Assembly (NCBI GenBank): GCA_963817525.1
Contig: CAWFOU010000007.1
Span: forward strand, 1,184,001 to 1,248,000
DNA from: an uncultured archaeon
GTDB lineage: Archaea; Thermoproteota; Nitrososphaeria; Nitrososphaerales; Gagatemarchaeaceae
Direction of reading: 5' to 3'
DNA: 64,000 nt
A program made the translations under genes and the position numbers. Positions 8,922 through 18,898 of the stretch are shown here, piece after piece. The notes under the pieces were generated by a model that worked only from the letters and a program-made list of their open reading frames with translations, had not been told where the DNA came from and ran no database searches. Position 1 is the first letter of the stretch, and each line of letters begins with the position of its first letter.

Positions 8922-9895
8922 TTCATCAGGGGCTCTAGCGCCGATATCGCGAGCGGCGGGATCTTCTTGAAGTCCTGCCACTCCTGCCGCGAGAGCTTGA
9001 AGAAGTCGGCCCCGAACACGAAGGTGAGGTTCTGCCCGATGTCGGGCTTGCCCCTGGGAAAGTCCACTATCACGTGGACGCTGATCCCCTCGTCCTCGTG
9101 GAAGACGTTCACCGCGCTGACAGAATTGAGGAGCTTCTCGGCGGAGTATGGCGAGTTGCGAAGGTCCTTGTCGAGAGAGGAGACCATCACGCTGTAGCCG
9201 CCCCTGGCGTTGTGGCTCTGGATCCTGGGAGGGTTCCCCAGCGGAGGGAGGTCGTAGGATATGCCGTAGAGCCCGGCGAGCTTGTCCAGCTCCTTGCTCT
9301 TCATGAAGTTCAGCAGCGAGAGGTCTTCGTCGCCGTTCTTCGCGACGAGGTGGTGCTTCGTGAGGTGATACCTCACGGACATCGCCAGGTTCTTCGTGAT
9401 CTGCGGAGAGACGCCCACCTGGCCGTAGACCACCCTCGGGCGCAGGTACTCGGGGAAGTAGCCGAGGGTGACGTCCCACCCGTCGATCTCCCTCGTGTAG
9501 ACGCTGTCGTGGCTCCCCCACTCCTCGGTCTGCTTGGCCGGGAAGAGGTTGGCCCCGTCGGCGGCCTCCCCGACCAGCTGCTCGAGCCTGTCGAGGAGTA
9601 TCCTCCTCCGCATGGTGGCGTCCACGGTCTGGGGGTCGGTCCCCAGGACCGCAAGCACGAGCTGGCCCACCTCTGGCCCGGCCATGGCCCTCGTCTCCCC
9701 CATGCTCGTCACGACGAGGTCGGTGAGCCTCGAGGCGAGGACCTCGAGCCCCCTGGGGGTCCCCCAGTCTCCTTTGGCCCTGACTATCTCCGAAATTGCC
9801 TTGCGCTTGGCCTCGTCGGTCTCCTGCTTAGAGGTTGAATCGTAGAACCCGTCGAAGGCGTCCATCGCTCCGCGTATCGATTCAGTGACTTTCAT
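8918..9895 (-). CDS. Hypothetical protein
   Basis: 325-aa ORF with host codon usage; TATA-like ATATAAT upstream. Confidence 0.75.
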   Translation of the reverse strand: MKVTESIRGAMDAFDGFYDSTSKQETDEAKRKAISEIVRAKGDWGTPRGLEVLASRLTDLVVTSMGETRAMAGPEVGQLVLAVLGTDPQTVDATMRRRILLDRLEQLVGEAADGANLFPAKQTEEWGSHDSVYTREIDGWDVTLGYFPEYLRPRVVYGQVGVSPQITKNLAMSVRYHLTKHHLVAKNGDEDLSLLNFMKSKELDKLAGLYGISYDLPPLGNPPRIQSHNARGGYSVMVSSLDKDLRNSPYSAEKLLNSVSAVNVFHEDEGISVHVIVDFPRGKPDIGQNLTFVFGADFFKLSRQEWQDFKKIPPLAISALEPLMN

Positions 9896-10109
9896 GGCGT
9901 CCTCTCTGGCCCGGGGCGACTGGGAGGATTATATCCTTTGGGAGTCCGATTTTCATGATACAATCGCCGAAACCGGCGCGGCATCGTCGGCAACGCCACG
10001 GATGGGCGGCGCGTCCATGGGCGCCCATGCGCCCCACTTTGTCCCCCCGCGTTACGCAAAAGCAGGCGAGCGCATTTATTAGCTCGGCATCGCAAATCCA
10101 TCCACTCCG

Positions 10110-11111
10110 ATGGTCGTCTGGTTCGTATATCTCGCCCTGGGCGTGTCCGTCGCCGTCTCGTTCTGGATGTCCCTCGTCGAGGCGACCTTCCTCACGGTCA
10201 GGCCGCTGTCCCTGACGACGGAGAGCTCGGGGGGCAACTCGGGCGCGACCAGGGCCATCAAGATCGTGGGCGAGAGGACCAAGTTGGTAAGCTCGACGAC
10301 CCTCATCTCCACCTTCTCGGACGTCATCCTCACAAGCGCCACCGGCCTGATACTCTCCAGCGCGTTCGGGCCGGAGGGTTGGATATTCACGGTGGTGATC
10401 GCGTCGCTGGTCATCATGGTCTTCCTCAACCTCCTCCCGAAGGCGATAGGGATCGAGAACTCGGTCAGGATGGCGATCTTCCTCTCTCCGAGCACGGGGA
10501 TACTCCTGAACGTCCTCGCGCCGGTCGCGGTCCCCCTCACAAAGCTCGCGAAGACCCTGTCGCAGGGGATCGTCGGCAAGCCCGCCTACGAGAAGGAGGA
10601 GCTCGTGGACGAGTTCGAGAACCTCCTCATCATGCTCGAGAAGGCCGGGGAGATAGAGCCCGACTCGGGCAGGATACTCCGCTCGGCGCTCGCCTCGTCC
10701 AAGACCACGGCCGGGGACCTGCTCACCCCCATACGGGAGATAGTCGCGGTGGACGCCGGCTCGGAAGTGAAGGAGGCCCTGATGCTGATGGGCAAATCGA
10801 ACCATCCTCACCTCCCCGTGTACGACGCCAAGGCGGGCGCGTACGTCGGCGCGGTCACCTTCCGCTCCCTGTTCAGGGCCTTCAACGCGGAGGGCATATC
10901 CCAGGGAGTCGTTCGCTACATGGTCCAGCCGGCGAAGGTAGACGTGGACGAGACCGCGGCCTCGGTCATGGACAGGATGCAAAAGGCGGGCGTGACGATG
11001 GCGTTCGTCTCCGAGGGAGGGAAGCTCGCGGGGATGGTCACGGTGACCGACATCCTCGAGGTCATACTCGGGACGAAGATCAGGAGAGAGACACACTCCG
11101 AAGGGCCCTAG
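10110..11111 (+). CDS. CNNM (DUF21)/CBS domain membrane protein
   Basis: N-terminal TM helices with SFWMSLVEAT, LLPK motif, tandem CBS domains. Confidence 0.9.
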   Translation: MVVWFVYLALGVSVAVSFWMSLVEATFLTVRPLSLTTESSGGNSGATRAIKIVGERTKLVSSTTLISTFSDVILTSATGLILSSAFGPEGWIFTVVIASLVIMVFLNLLPKAIGIENSVRMAIFLSPSTGILLNVLAPVAVPLTKLAKTLSQGIVGKPAYEKEELVDEFENLLIMLEKAGEIEPDSGRILRSALASSKTTAGDLLTPIREIVAVDAGSEVKEALMLMGKSNHPHLPVYDAKAGAYVGAVTFRSLFRAFNAEGISQGVVRYMVQPAKVDVDETAASVMDRMQKAGVTMAFVSEGGKLAGMVTVTDILEVILGTKIRRETHSEGP

Positions 11112-11126
11112 CGGGAGCCCTTCCCC

Positions 11127-11864
11127 TCAGATCATCGCGGCTATCGTGGCTATCGTGGCTATCAGGACGGCGAGGATGCCCGTGAGGAATATCCCGTCGA
11201 ACTTGCCCGCGCCCCCTATGCTGGCGACGTGCGTCCCTCCCGCAGTGATCTTCCCAAGGTTAGAGAGGTCCGCCCCGACGAGCGTGCCGAGGGTCCCCGC
11301 GATGTACGCGTCGATCGCTAGGTGGCTCACCCCGAAGGGCACCGAGAAGAGGACGGCGGCGACAGGCGGGAGGAGGGTCGGCGCGACTATCCCCACCCCC
11401 TCGACATACCTCGCCACCACGTGGACCGCCACGGCCGTGAGGGCGCTCGCGACAACGACGCCTAGCAGGATGCTCGGGTGGGCGTCCAGGAGTATGGCGG
11501 TCACGATGAGCGGGACGACCGCACCGCCGACGTTGACCGCGATGGTTGTCGTGGTCTGCGCGAGCGCGTACTGGGGTATCCTGTAGGTGACCCAGAATGC
11601 CCTGACCTCTCGCACGACCACGGTAGGCCTCACATTCTTGATCTGCCATATCGGGATGTCGACGTAGCTGCCGAGGAGCGCCGCCCCGAGGATTACGAGG
11701 AACTGCAGCCGGGTGAAGCCCGTCTTCTCGAAGGCAACCTCCGTCACGAAGACGAAGATGAACGCGACGACGATGAAGAAGAACAGCGCTAGCACATAGT
11801 CGACGAGGGTGTACTGCCGCCTGTAGACCGCGCGCCCGTCGTTGGACATCCTATCTCGACCCAC
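11127..11864 (-). CDS. DUF1614 family membrane protein
   Basis: IAVNVGGAVVP, GTLVGADL.N, SIGGAG.FDGIFL. Confidence 0.9.
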   Translation of the reverse strand: MGRDRMSNDGRAVYRRQYTLVDYVLALFFFIVVAFIFVFVTEVAFEKTGFTRLQFLVILGAALLGSYVDIPIWQIKNVRPTVVVREVRAFWVTYRIPQYALAQTTTTIAVNVGGAVVPLIVTAILLDAHPSILLGVVVASALTAVAVHVVARYVEGVGIVAPTLLPPVAAVLFSVPFGVSHLAIDAYIAGTLGTLVGADLSNLGKITAGGTHVASIGGAGKFDGIFLTGILAVLIATIATIAAMI

Positions 11865-11870
11865 CCGGAC

Positions 11871-12497
11871 CTACTCGGCTTTGAGTTCTCCTACAGCGCC
11901 CCGGGGAGTCGCTTCCCCGAAGACCTCGGCCTGGAACCTCAGCACCCTCACCTTGGGCGTCAGCCAGGCGTTTGGGAAGAGCCCCGCCTTCTCGCACGTC
12001 AGCGAGAGGAAGGCCTCGGGGGTCAGGCCCATATCGCTCGCGACCTGTGGGAGGAGGAGCCCGCTGGTCCCCATCCCCGAGACGATGAGCCCGTCCGTCC
12101 CTATCCTCACCTGCTTGGGCAGCTCCGGTGGCGGCCCCTCCAGGGTCTCGGGCGCCGTCAGTGCGCTTACCTCTACTGTAAGCGAGTCGAGCTCATCGGG
12201 CTCCACCCTCGGGAACCTTGGGTCCCGTGTCGCCGCGCCCACTGCGGCGTCGAAGACCGCCTCCCCAAGGGGCTTCACCGGGTATGGTATGCCGATGCAA
12301 CCCCTCAGCGCGCCGTCGAGCTTGCTCAGTGTCACAAAGGCGCCCCGGTTGACGGTGAGGAAGGCCTCAGGCGTGTCCGGCTGCGGCCGTGCGACCTGGC
12401 CTGCTGGCACCCTCTCCACGACCGAGTCTATGGCACCCCTGGCTATCGAGACGAGGAGGGACCCCTGCTCCAGCGAAAGCGGCTCTCCCGTCCTCAT
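11871..12497 (-). CDS. amrA: AMMECR1 family protein (AmmeMemoRadiSam protein A)
   Basis: GAFVTL, LRGCIG, DPRF, GLLLPQV, CEKAGL; start could be 12524. Confidence 0.95.
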   Translation of the reverse strand: MRTGEPLSLEQGSLLVSIARGAIDSVVERVPAGQVARPQPDTPEAFLTVNRGAFVTLSKLDGALRGCIGIPYPVKPLGEAVFDAAVGAATRDPRFPRVEPDELDSLTVEVSALTAPETLEGPPPELPKQVRIGTDGLIVSGMGTSGLLLPQVASDMGLTPEAFLSLTCEKAGLFPNAWLTPKVRVLRFQAEVFGEATPRGAVGELKAE

Positions 12498-12556
12498 TGG
12501 TTCGCAGAACGTCATTGCCGGCAATAAATATTACCGCCAAATCGATACGAAAGTCC

Positions 12557-13432
12557 GTGGTGAACTTACTACGCAGGCCCGCCTTTGCCGGGAGCTTCTA
12601 TCCCTCGGGCGAGGCGGAGCTCAGGGGTGCGATAGACGCATCCTATCTGCACTCGCTCGGTCCCAGGAAGCTGCCGACGAAGGGAGGGGGAGCGATGGCC
12701 AAGGGGCTCAAGGCCTGCGTGTGCCCCCACGCGGGCTACATATTCTCAGGGCCTGTCGCTGCCCACAGCTACCTCGACGTCTCCCAACTGGCGAAGCCCG
12801 GCCTCGTGGTGGTCGTCGGCCCCAACCACTACGGGCTTGGCAGCGGCGTCGCCACATATGGGAAGGGCGAGTGGGAGACCCCGCTCGGAAGGGTGACGAT
12901 AGACGAGGAGGCCTCCAAGAGGATCGTCGACCTCACCGGCATCGTGGACTACGACGCGGAGGCCCACAGGAGGGAGCACTCGATCGAGGTCCAGCTCCCC
13001 TTCCTGCAGAGCCTCTATGGCGGGTCCTTCGGATTCCTCCCCATCTCGCTCGCCCTCCAGGACAAGCACACCGCCCGGGACTTGGGGAAGGGGCTGGCGG
13101 AGCTCCTCGGGGACGCGGCGGAGGGAGGCAGCGCAGCGGTCCTCATAGCGTCGTCCGACCTCACCCACTACGAGCCCGCCGCGCAGGCGAGAGAGAAGGA
13201 CATGGCTCTCCTCAAGCACGTGGAGAGGCTCGATATCGACGCGTTCTACACAACGCTCGAGAGGAGGAACGTCACCGCGTGCGGGTACGGGGCCATCGCC
13301 ACGGTCATGGAGGCGTGCCGACTCCTTGGGCACTCGAAGGGGCGCATCAACAAGTACGCCACAACCGGCGACGTGACGGGCGACGACGCCGCGGTCGTGG
13401 GCTATCCTTCCGTCTCCTTCCTAAAGGCGTGA
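12557..13432 (+). CDS. amrB: MEMO1 family protein (AmmeMemoRadiSam protein B)
   Basis: RRPAFAGSFYP, PHAGY.FSG, GPNH, EHSIEVQLPFLQ, SSDLTHY, CGYG. Confidence 0.96.
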   Translation: MVNLLRRPAFAGSFYPSGEAELRGAIDASYLHSLGPRKLPTKGGGAMAKGLKACVCPHAGYIFSGPVAAHSYLDVSQLAKPGLVVVVGPNHYGLGSGVATYGKGEWETPLGRVTIDEEASKRIVDLTGIVDYDAEAHRREHSIEVQLPFLQSLYGGSFGFLPISLALQDKHTARDLGKGLAELLGDAAEGGSAAVLIASSDLTHYEPAAQAREKDMALLKHVERLDIDAFYTTLERRNVTACGYGAIATVMEACRLLGHSKGRINKYATTGDVTGDDAAVVGYPSVSFLKA

Positions 13433-13484
13433 GCCAAAGCAGGCCTTATAGGACGGCCCGCGGATTTGCGGCACGAAGAGACAG

Positions 13485-15635
13485 ATGGTAGACAAGGAAG
13501 CAATCCTCTGGCGCCCGGCCGAAGGCGGGAGGGTCGTGTGCTTCGCTTGCAACCGGAAGTGCTCGATCCCGGAGGGCTCGCACGGCTTCTGCTACGTGAG
13601 GAAGAACGTAGGGGGGAGGCTCTACCTCGCGTCCTACGGCAAGCTCGCGGCGATGCAGGTCGACCCGATCGAGAAGAAACCTTTCAACCACTTCCACCCC
13701 GGGACGCACGTCTTCACTGTCGGGACGGTCAGCTGCAACTGGCACTGCCACCCCGCGGGGACGAAGATCACTCTCGCGGATGGTTCGACAAAGGGTGTCG
13801 AGTCGTTGGCAAAGGGCGATGCGCTCTGGTCGTATGATGTAACGAGTGACGATATCTCAAAATCTAACCCAAGACCAAACGTTGTGACAGAGATTCGAAC
13901 TCGACAAGCCGAACTCTGGGAGGTGTGGTGGGGCGGCACGAAGGCGACCCAGAAAAAGAAACATAGGAAGACCTTGATCACGGGCGACCATCCTGTACTG
14001 ACGAAAGAAGGTTGGAAGCAAGTCGCGAATCTCAAAGCAGGTGACCATATTCTAAGGGTCTGGCCTCAGATAACAACAAAGAGGATCGCGGCTCAGAAGA
14101 CATCTGAATTCAAATGCAAGAAATGCGGAGCTGTGCTAGGCGGCGTCAAAGCGTGGGCCACGCATCGCAACGCATGCTACGCTGACGAGCATGTGATGCC
14201 GGAATCGCAAAGGGCAATACTCAGAGAGATGATGAAAACTCGGAACCCCATGAGAGACCCCGCGACGGTCGAGAAGCACAAGGCCACCGTCAGATTGAGA
14301 CTTCGCACCGACCCCAACTATGGCCTCCACCGAAACATCGAGCGATTCCGCAGGTCTTTGCACAAGCACCCTTCGAAGGGCCAACTGATTCTCTACGAAA
14401 TCCTAGACGACCTTTGTGTTGACTACGAGCAGGAGTTCAAGATCAAGCCAGAAAAGCTCCTTCCAGAGTCGCAGACGACCTACATCTTGGATGCCGCACT
14501 GCCGGAACTCAAGCTAGATCTCGAGGTAGACGGATGGTGGCATTTCGACGACGAGCGCATAAAGAAGCGCGATGTCATTAGGGACGCCACTCTTGAGCTG
14601 AACGGTTGGAGAGTAGTAAGGATTCCGGGTTCAACAATCTACAACCATGCCGAATCGATTCGGGACCTAGTAATCGAGAGCATGTTCTCTCCCCCCATGA
14701 TAAACGACAAGCATTGGGTCAGGGTCAATGATGTGAAGCGGACCGGTCAGGTCACGACCGTCTATGGCTTCGAGTGCATTCCAAGCCACACGTACGTCGC
14801 GGACGGCATACTCGTCCACAACTGCCTCTTCTGCCAGAACCACGCGATTAGCAAGGAGACCGACGTCTACGGCGAGGACGTCCCGCCTGAGCAGGTCCCG
14901 GTTCTCGCGGACGAGAACGACTGCGAGGGCGTCGGCTTCAGCTACAACGAGCCGACGATATTCGTCGAGTACGTCATCGACGCGGCGAGGGAGGCCCACA
15001 AGAAGGGCAAGTACACGGTGTTCGTCACCAACGGGTACGGGACCGTGGAGATGGTGAGGGCGATCAAGGGGTACGTGGACGCGGTCGTCGTGGACTACAA
15101 GGGGAGCGGAGAGGAGCATTTCCAGAGGCGGCAGACCATGACCGTCAGCGCGGAGCCCGTGAATGAGACCCTCCTCGAGCTCAAAAGGCAGAAGATCCAC
15201 ACGGAGCTCACCGACCTCATCATCCCGCAGGTGGGAGAGGACCTCGAGGAAGCCAAGAGGCTCTGCCGCTGGCTCTACGACAACCTCGGGCCTGACGTCC
15301 CGATACAGTTCACCAGATTCCACCCGGACTACAAGATGTTGGACGTCCCAGTCACGCCCTACGAGCTCCTAGAGAGGCACCACGCTGCCGCCAAGGCGGC
15401 AGGCCTGAACTACCCATACATCGGAAACGTGCCCGGGAGCCCGCAGGAGCACACGTACTGCCCCGGGTGCCGCGGCGTGGTGATCGAGAGGCACGGGTTC
15501 GTCATAACGGGCTGGAACCTGGATGAAAACTACCTCTGCAGGGAGTGCGGTCACAAGATCCCGATCGAGGGGAAGAGGGCGACCCGCTTCCGCTACAGGG
15601 GCATCGAGTCCTTCTACATCCCGAACCCCCGTTGA
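13485..15635 (+). CDS. amrS: AmmeMemoRadiSam radical SAM enzyme, intein-containing
   Basis: DPIEKKP..HFHPG, CNWH|C.FCQN motif split by an intein, YNEPT, FHPDYKM. Confidence 0.95.
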   Translation: MVDKEAILWRPAEGGRVVCFACNRKCSIPEGSHGFCYVRKNVGGRLYLASYGKLAAMQVDPIEKKPFNHFHPGTHVFTVGTVSCNWHCHPAGTKITLADGSTKGVESLAKGDALWSYDVTSDDISKSNPRPNVVTEIRTRQAELWEVWWGGTKATQKKKHRKTLITGDHPVLTKEGWKQVANLKAGDHILRVWPQITTKRIAAQKTSEFKCKKCGAVLGGVKAWATHRNACYADEHVMPESQRAILREMMKTRNPMRDPATVEKHKATVRLRLRTDPNYGLHRNIERFRRSLHKHPSKGQLILYEILDDLCVDYEQEFKIKPEKLLPESQTTYILDAALPELKLDLEVDGWWHFDDERIKKRDVIRDATLELNGWRVVRIPGSTIYNHAESIRDLVIESMFSPPMINDKHWVRVNDVKRTGQVTTVYGFECIPSHTYVADGILVHNCLFCQNHAISKETDVYGEDVPPEQVPVLADENDCEGVGFSYNEPTIFVEYVIDAAREAHKKGKYTVFVTNGYGTVEMVRAIKGYVDAVVVDYKGSGEEHFQRRQTMTVSAEPVNETLLELKRQKIHTELTDLIIPQVGEDLEEAKRLCRWLYDNLGPDVPIQFTRFHPDYKMLDVPVTPYELLERHHAAAKAAGLNYPYIGNVPGSPQEHTYCPGCRGVVIERHGFVITGWNLDENYLCRECGHKIPIEGKRATRFRYRGIESFYIPNPR
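13746..14822 (+). mobile_element. Intein (359 aa) with Zn-finger-like segment and DUF559/Vsr-like endonuclease
   Basis: Starts CHPAGT, TGDHP block B, ends VHN followed by Cys +1; CKKC..H segment; LDAA...LDLEVDGWWH...RD..L...GWRVVRI; lower GC than the exteins. Confidence 0.93.
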
Positions 15636-15681
15636 GCGTCCGCCTGAAGGCTTTCATTCCAGTAGCAACGGGAGATGCCCG

Positions 15682-16350
15682 TTGGACGGACCCTCAGACG
15701 CGGCGAGACGCGCCCGACTCTTCTTCGCGGCCACCATCGCGGGGATTGCCCTCTACGTGGTCCTCGACGCGATAGCCCAGTCGCTGCCTCCCCACTATAG
15801 CCCGATAAGCCAGGCAGAGAGCGACCTGGCGGTCGGCCCCTATGGCTACGTGATGGCGGTCAACTTCGTCAACCGAGGCGTCCTGTCGCTGCTCTTCGTC
15901 TACGGCCTGGCGAAGAGCCTGCCGCGCAAGGCGGGGTTCGGGAGGGGCCTGGCCCTGCTGGGAATCTGGGGTGCGGGAGCGCTCGTCCTCGCCGTGGAGC
16001 CGACCGACGTGGGCGGGCCGGCCACGGTCCACGGGGTGATACACCTGATCGTCGCGACCCTAGCGTTTCTTGCGGCGGCCCTCGGCACCCTGTCGCTCTC
16101 GAGCGCGTTCAGGCGCGAGCCGTCCATGGAGTCGATTGTCCGATATGCGAGGCCCCTCTCGGTCCTCGCCCTGGTCTTCTTCGTCTTGCTCTATGGAGGG
16201 CCTTTCGTGTTCCCTCACGCGATGGACAAGGTCGGCGGGCTGGTCGAGAGGGTCTTCCTCGGGCTCATCCTCGCCTGGATGCTAGCAGTATCGGCCTCGA
16301 TGCTCAGGATGTCGACGCCCAGCCGCCAGAAGACGGCCGCGCCGACCTGA
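15682..16350 (+). CDS. DUF998 family membrane protein
   Basis: YSPISQAESDLAVGPYG, PTD, HG.IH, GLVERVF. Confidence 0.88.
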   Translation: MDGPSDAARRARLFFAATIAGIALYVVLDAIAQSLPPHYSPISQAESDLAVGPYGYVMAVNFVNRGVLSLLFVYGLAKSLPRKAGFGRGLALLGIWGAGALVLAVEPTDVGGPATVHGVIHLIVATLAFLAAALGTLSLSSAFRREPSMESIVRYARPLSVLALVFFVLLYGGPFVFPHAMDKVGGLVERVFLGLILAWMLAVSASMLRMSTPSRQKTAAPT

Positions 16351-16359
16351 ACTCGCGCC

Positions 16360-17127
16360 TCAGGCCTGGACGCTGGCCTTTTGGGCCGGGACGGCCTCCG
16401 CCGGGGGCCGGAACTCCTTCAGGAGCCTCTCGCACACCGTGCAGACGGAGACCTCCCTTGGAAAGTCCTTGAACTTGATCGACCTGAGCTTCCATATCGG
16501 CCGCCGCTTGCCAGCGACCACCCTCGCCCTCTCCATGGCCTCGAGCTGGAGGTCGTAGTAGAACCCGCCCGCCTCCTTCAGATAGTCGATGCCGTCGACG
16601 AGCTTCAGGCCGCTCAGCCTCGCGATGTAGCCCAGCCTCTGGTACTCCACGTCGTGGAGGTCCTTCTCCCGCTTGAGCTTCCGGTTGGTCCGCTTCTCGA
16701 ACTCGTTGAGCTTCTCAGCGATCGAGGCCCTCTGGGCCTCGTCCACTGCGGTCCCGCTCACCCGGATGACCGCCCCTTTCCTCACCGAGTAGGAGACCTC
16801 GTCGAGCTCCCTCACGGTGTTGCGCGCCTCCTCGATGAGCGCGCCGAGGAACTGCATCGACTTGAACTGGTCGGCGTTCTGGAGCACGAACGCGAGGTCG
16901 AACTCCTTGAAGGCGTCTGGGACGCCCTCCCTCCACTTCGCCGCGTTCGACGTCAGTGCTTCCCTCGCGGCCTTCGTCGCGGCTATTTCCCTGGATATCT
17001 TCGCCTCGTCCTCGGTGTCTCCGCTGAGCGCTAGGCTGATCTCGCTCGAGGTCCTTCCGCAAAGCCAGCACGCGGTCTCTCCGGATGGGGTCTGAGCTGA
17101 GAGCTCTTCCTTCGGCAATGGAATCAC
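16360..17127 (-). CDS. Hypothetical helical protein with terminal CxxC pairs
   Basis: CWLC near the N-terminus, CTVC near the C-terminus; host codon usage. Confidence 0.75.
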   Translation of the reverse strand: MIPLPKEELSAQTPSGETACWLCGRTSSEISLALSGDTEDEAKISREIAATKAAREALTSNAAKWREGVPDAFKEFDLAFVLQNADQFKSMQFLGALIEEARNTVRELDEVSYSVRKGAVIRVSGTAVDEAQRASIAEKLNEFEKRTNRKLKREKDLHDVEYQRLGYIARLSGLKLVDGIDYLKEAGGFYYDLQLEAMERARVVAGKRRPIWKLRSIKFKDFPREVSVCTVCERLLKEFRPPAEAVPAQKASVQA

Positions 17128-17239
17128 ACTGGCCGTGCCGCATGGTGAAATAAGCCTTGGGTTTCCGCCAGGCGAGCCACGGGGGGCGAGGAGAAAGCGC
17201 TACTAGTAGGCGCTACCTTGCCCAGGGCCTGCGCGCGGA

Positions 17240-17551
17240 ATGACCATCAGGATACACGTCGCTGGGCATCTGAAAGACTACACCGGCAGGTCGGTAGACC
17301 TGGAGATAGAGTCCGCGAGGGACATAATGGACGTCATCGCGCAGCTCGACTCGGAGTTCCCCGACATCAGGGACCGGATCCTGGACGAGCACGACAGGAC
17401 GAGGCCCTATGTCAACATCTTCCTCAACGAGCGCGACGTCAGGGACCTCGACGGGGGGGCCACGAAGACCAAGGATGGAGACGTTATCTACATCCTGCCC
17501 TCGGTAGCGGGAGGGAAGCAAGCGATGCCAGGCATGGGTGGCGGCAAATGA
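17240..17551 (+). CDS. MoaD/ThiS/SAMP ubiquitin-like protein with C-terminal extension
   Basis: RPYVNIFLN, DGDVIYILPSVAGG followed by 11 extra residues. Confidence 0.9.
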   Translation: MTIRIHVAGHLKDYTGRSVDLEIESARDIMDVIAQLDSEFPDIRDRILDEHDRTRPYVNIFLNERDVRDLDGGATKTKDGDVIYILPSVAGGKQAMPGMGGGK

Positions 17552-18627
17552 GGTCCAAGGACCTAGTCATGGTAGGCACGAAGAAGGGCGCGTTCGTCTT
17601 CGAGTCTCGGGATGGGCGTAAGACGTGGAAGTCGTCAGGCCCGCACTTCAGGGGCACGTCGATCTACCACGTGACCTTCGACCCGAGGAACAGGACGATC
17701 CTCGCGACCGTCGACAGCTTCGTGAAGGGCCCCACCATCGCCATCAGCGAGGACATGGGGAGGACGTGGAGGGAGGGAAAGAAGCCGCCTCGGTTCCCGA
17801 AGAGCTCGGACTGGAGCGTGAAGCAGCTATGGCACATAGAGCCGGGAGTCGAAGAGGAACCAGGCGTGGTGTACTGCGGGGTCGACCCCGCTGCGCTGTT
17901 CGTGAGCCGAGACGCTGGCGAGACCTGGGCCCTGAACGAGGGCCTCTACAACCAGGAGACGAGGAAGAAGTGGAACCCGGGCGCGGGCGGGCTCTGCCTC
18001 CACTCGATACTAGTCGACCCGCGCGACCCTGACAACATCATGATAGCGATCTCCTCCGTGGGCATACTCAAGAGCGTCGACGGGGGAGAGTCCTGGTCGT
18101 TCAAGAACCAGAACCTGCGGGCGGACTTCTTCCCTGACAAATACCCCGAGTTCGGCCAGTGCCCGCACCACCTCGTCCGCCACCCCTCGCGCCCGGACGT
18201 CATCTACCAGCAGAACCACTGCGGCGAGTACAGGAGCGACGACAACGGCGAGACGTGGAAGGAGATCGTGGGGAACCTGCCCTCCCGGTTCGGCTTCCCC
18301 ATCGCCGTGGACCACAACGACCCGAAGAGGGTCTACGTCGCGCCCGAGGAGTCCGGGGATGCGCGCATCCCTCCCAACGGCCGATTCCTGGTTTGGGCCT
18401 CCGACGACGAGGGGAAGAGGTGGTCCGCCCTAGGCAATGGCCTCCCCCGGCGGTCCTTCTACAACGTGTACAGAGAGGGGATGGACACCGACGAGCAGGA
18501 CCCGTCGGGCGTCTACGTCGGGACGGGCACAGGCCAGCTCCTCTTCAGCAGGAACGGAGGAGAGAGGTGGGGCCTCATCGCCGACGGCCTCCCCCCGATC
18601 TTCTCAGTCAGCGCCGCACGCGCCTAG
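17548..18627 (+). CDS. BNR/Asp-box beta-propeller (WD40/YVTN/sialidase-like) protein
   Basis: Multiple S.D.G.TW Asp boxes; VGTKKG, LCLHSI, YQQNHCG.YRSDD, LPSRFGFP; ATGA overlap with the upstream gene. Confidence 0.92.
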   Translation: MRSKDLVMVGTKKGAFVFESRDGRKTWKSSGPHFRGTSIYHVTFDPRNRTILATVDSFVKGPTIAISEDMGRTWREGKKPPRFPKSSDWSVKQLWHIEPGVEEEPGVVYCGVDPAALFVSRDAGETWALNEGLYNQETRKKWNPGAGGLCLHSILVDPRDPDNIMIAISSVGILKSVDGGESWSFKNQNLRADFFPDKYPEFGQCPHHLVRHPSRPDVIYQQNHCGEYRSDDNGETWKEIVGNLPSRFGFPIAVDHNDPKRVYVAPEESGDARIPPNGRFLVWASDDEGKRWSALGNGLPRRSFYNVYREGMDTDEQDPSGVYVGTGTGQLLFSRNGGERWGLIADGLPPIFSVSAARA

Positions 18628-18687
18628 GCCACCACGACCGCCCGAGAGGTTTAACCCGACCCCTCGAGCAGCACACGCGGGCGGAGA

Positions 18688-18858
18688 ATGGCCAAGGTCA
18701 CAGTGAAGCACAGCCGCTTGTCTCGCGGCGCCAGCCTGGGGATGATCCTGCTGGGCATCATCACCCTGCTTTTCGTGAGCGGGTTCGTGGGGCTCATCTT
18801 CATCGTGGTGGGGGCAGCGATGTACTGGTTCTACCGCCGCCAGTCCAGGCCCGCGTAG
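18688..18858 (+). CDS. Small two-TM membrane protein (56 aa)
   Basis: MAKVTVKHSRLSRGASLGMILLGIITLLFVSGFVGLIFIVVGAAMYWFYRRQSRPA; host codons; absent from the ORF track (<60 aa). Confidence 0.7.
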   Translation: MAKVTVKHSRLSRGASLGMILLGIITLLFVSGFVGLIFIVVGAAMYWFYRRQSRPA

Positions 18859-18898
18859 CCGGAAGTGCCCTCGACGGAAGACGGCGCCCGGGCAGGTG

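Noticed and set aside
11139-11164. 9-bp tandem repeat GGCTATCGT
   Set aside because: Encodes IAT repeats at the DUF1614 C-terminus; simple slippage
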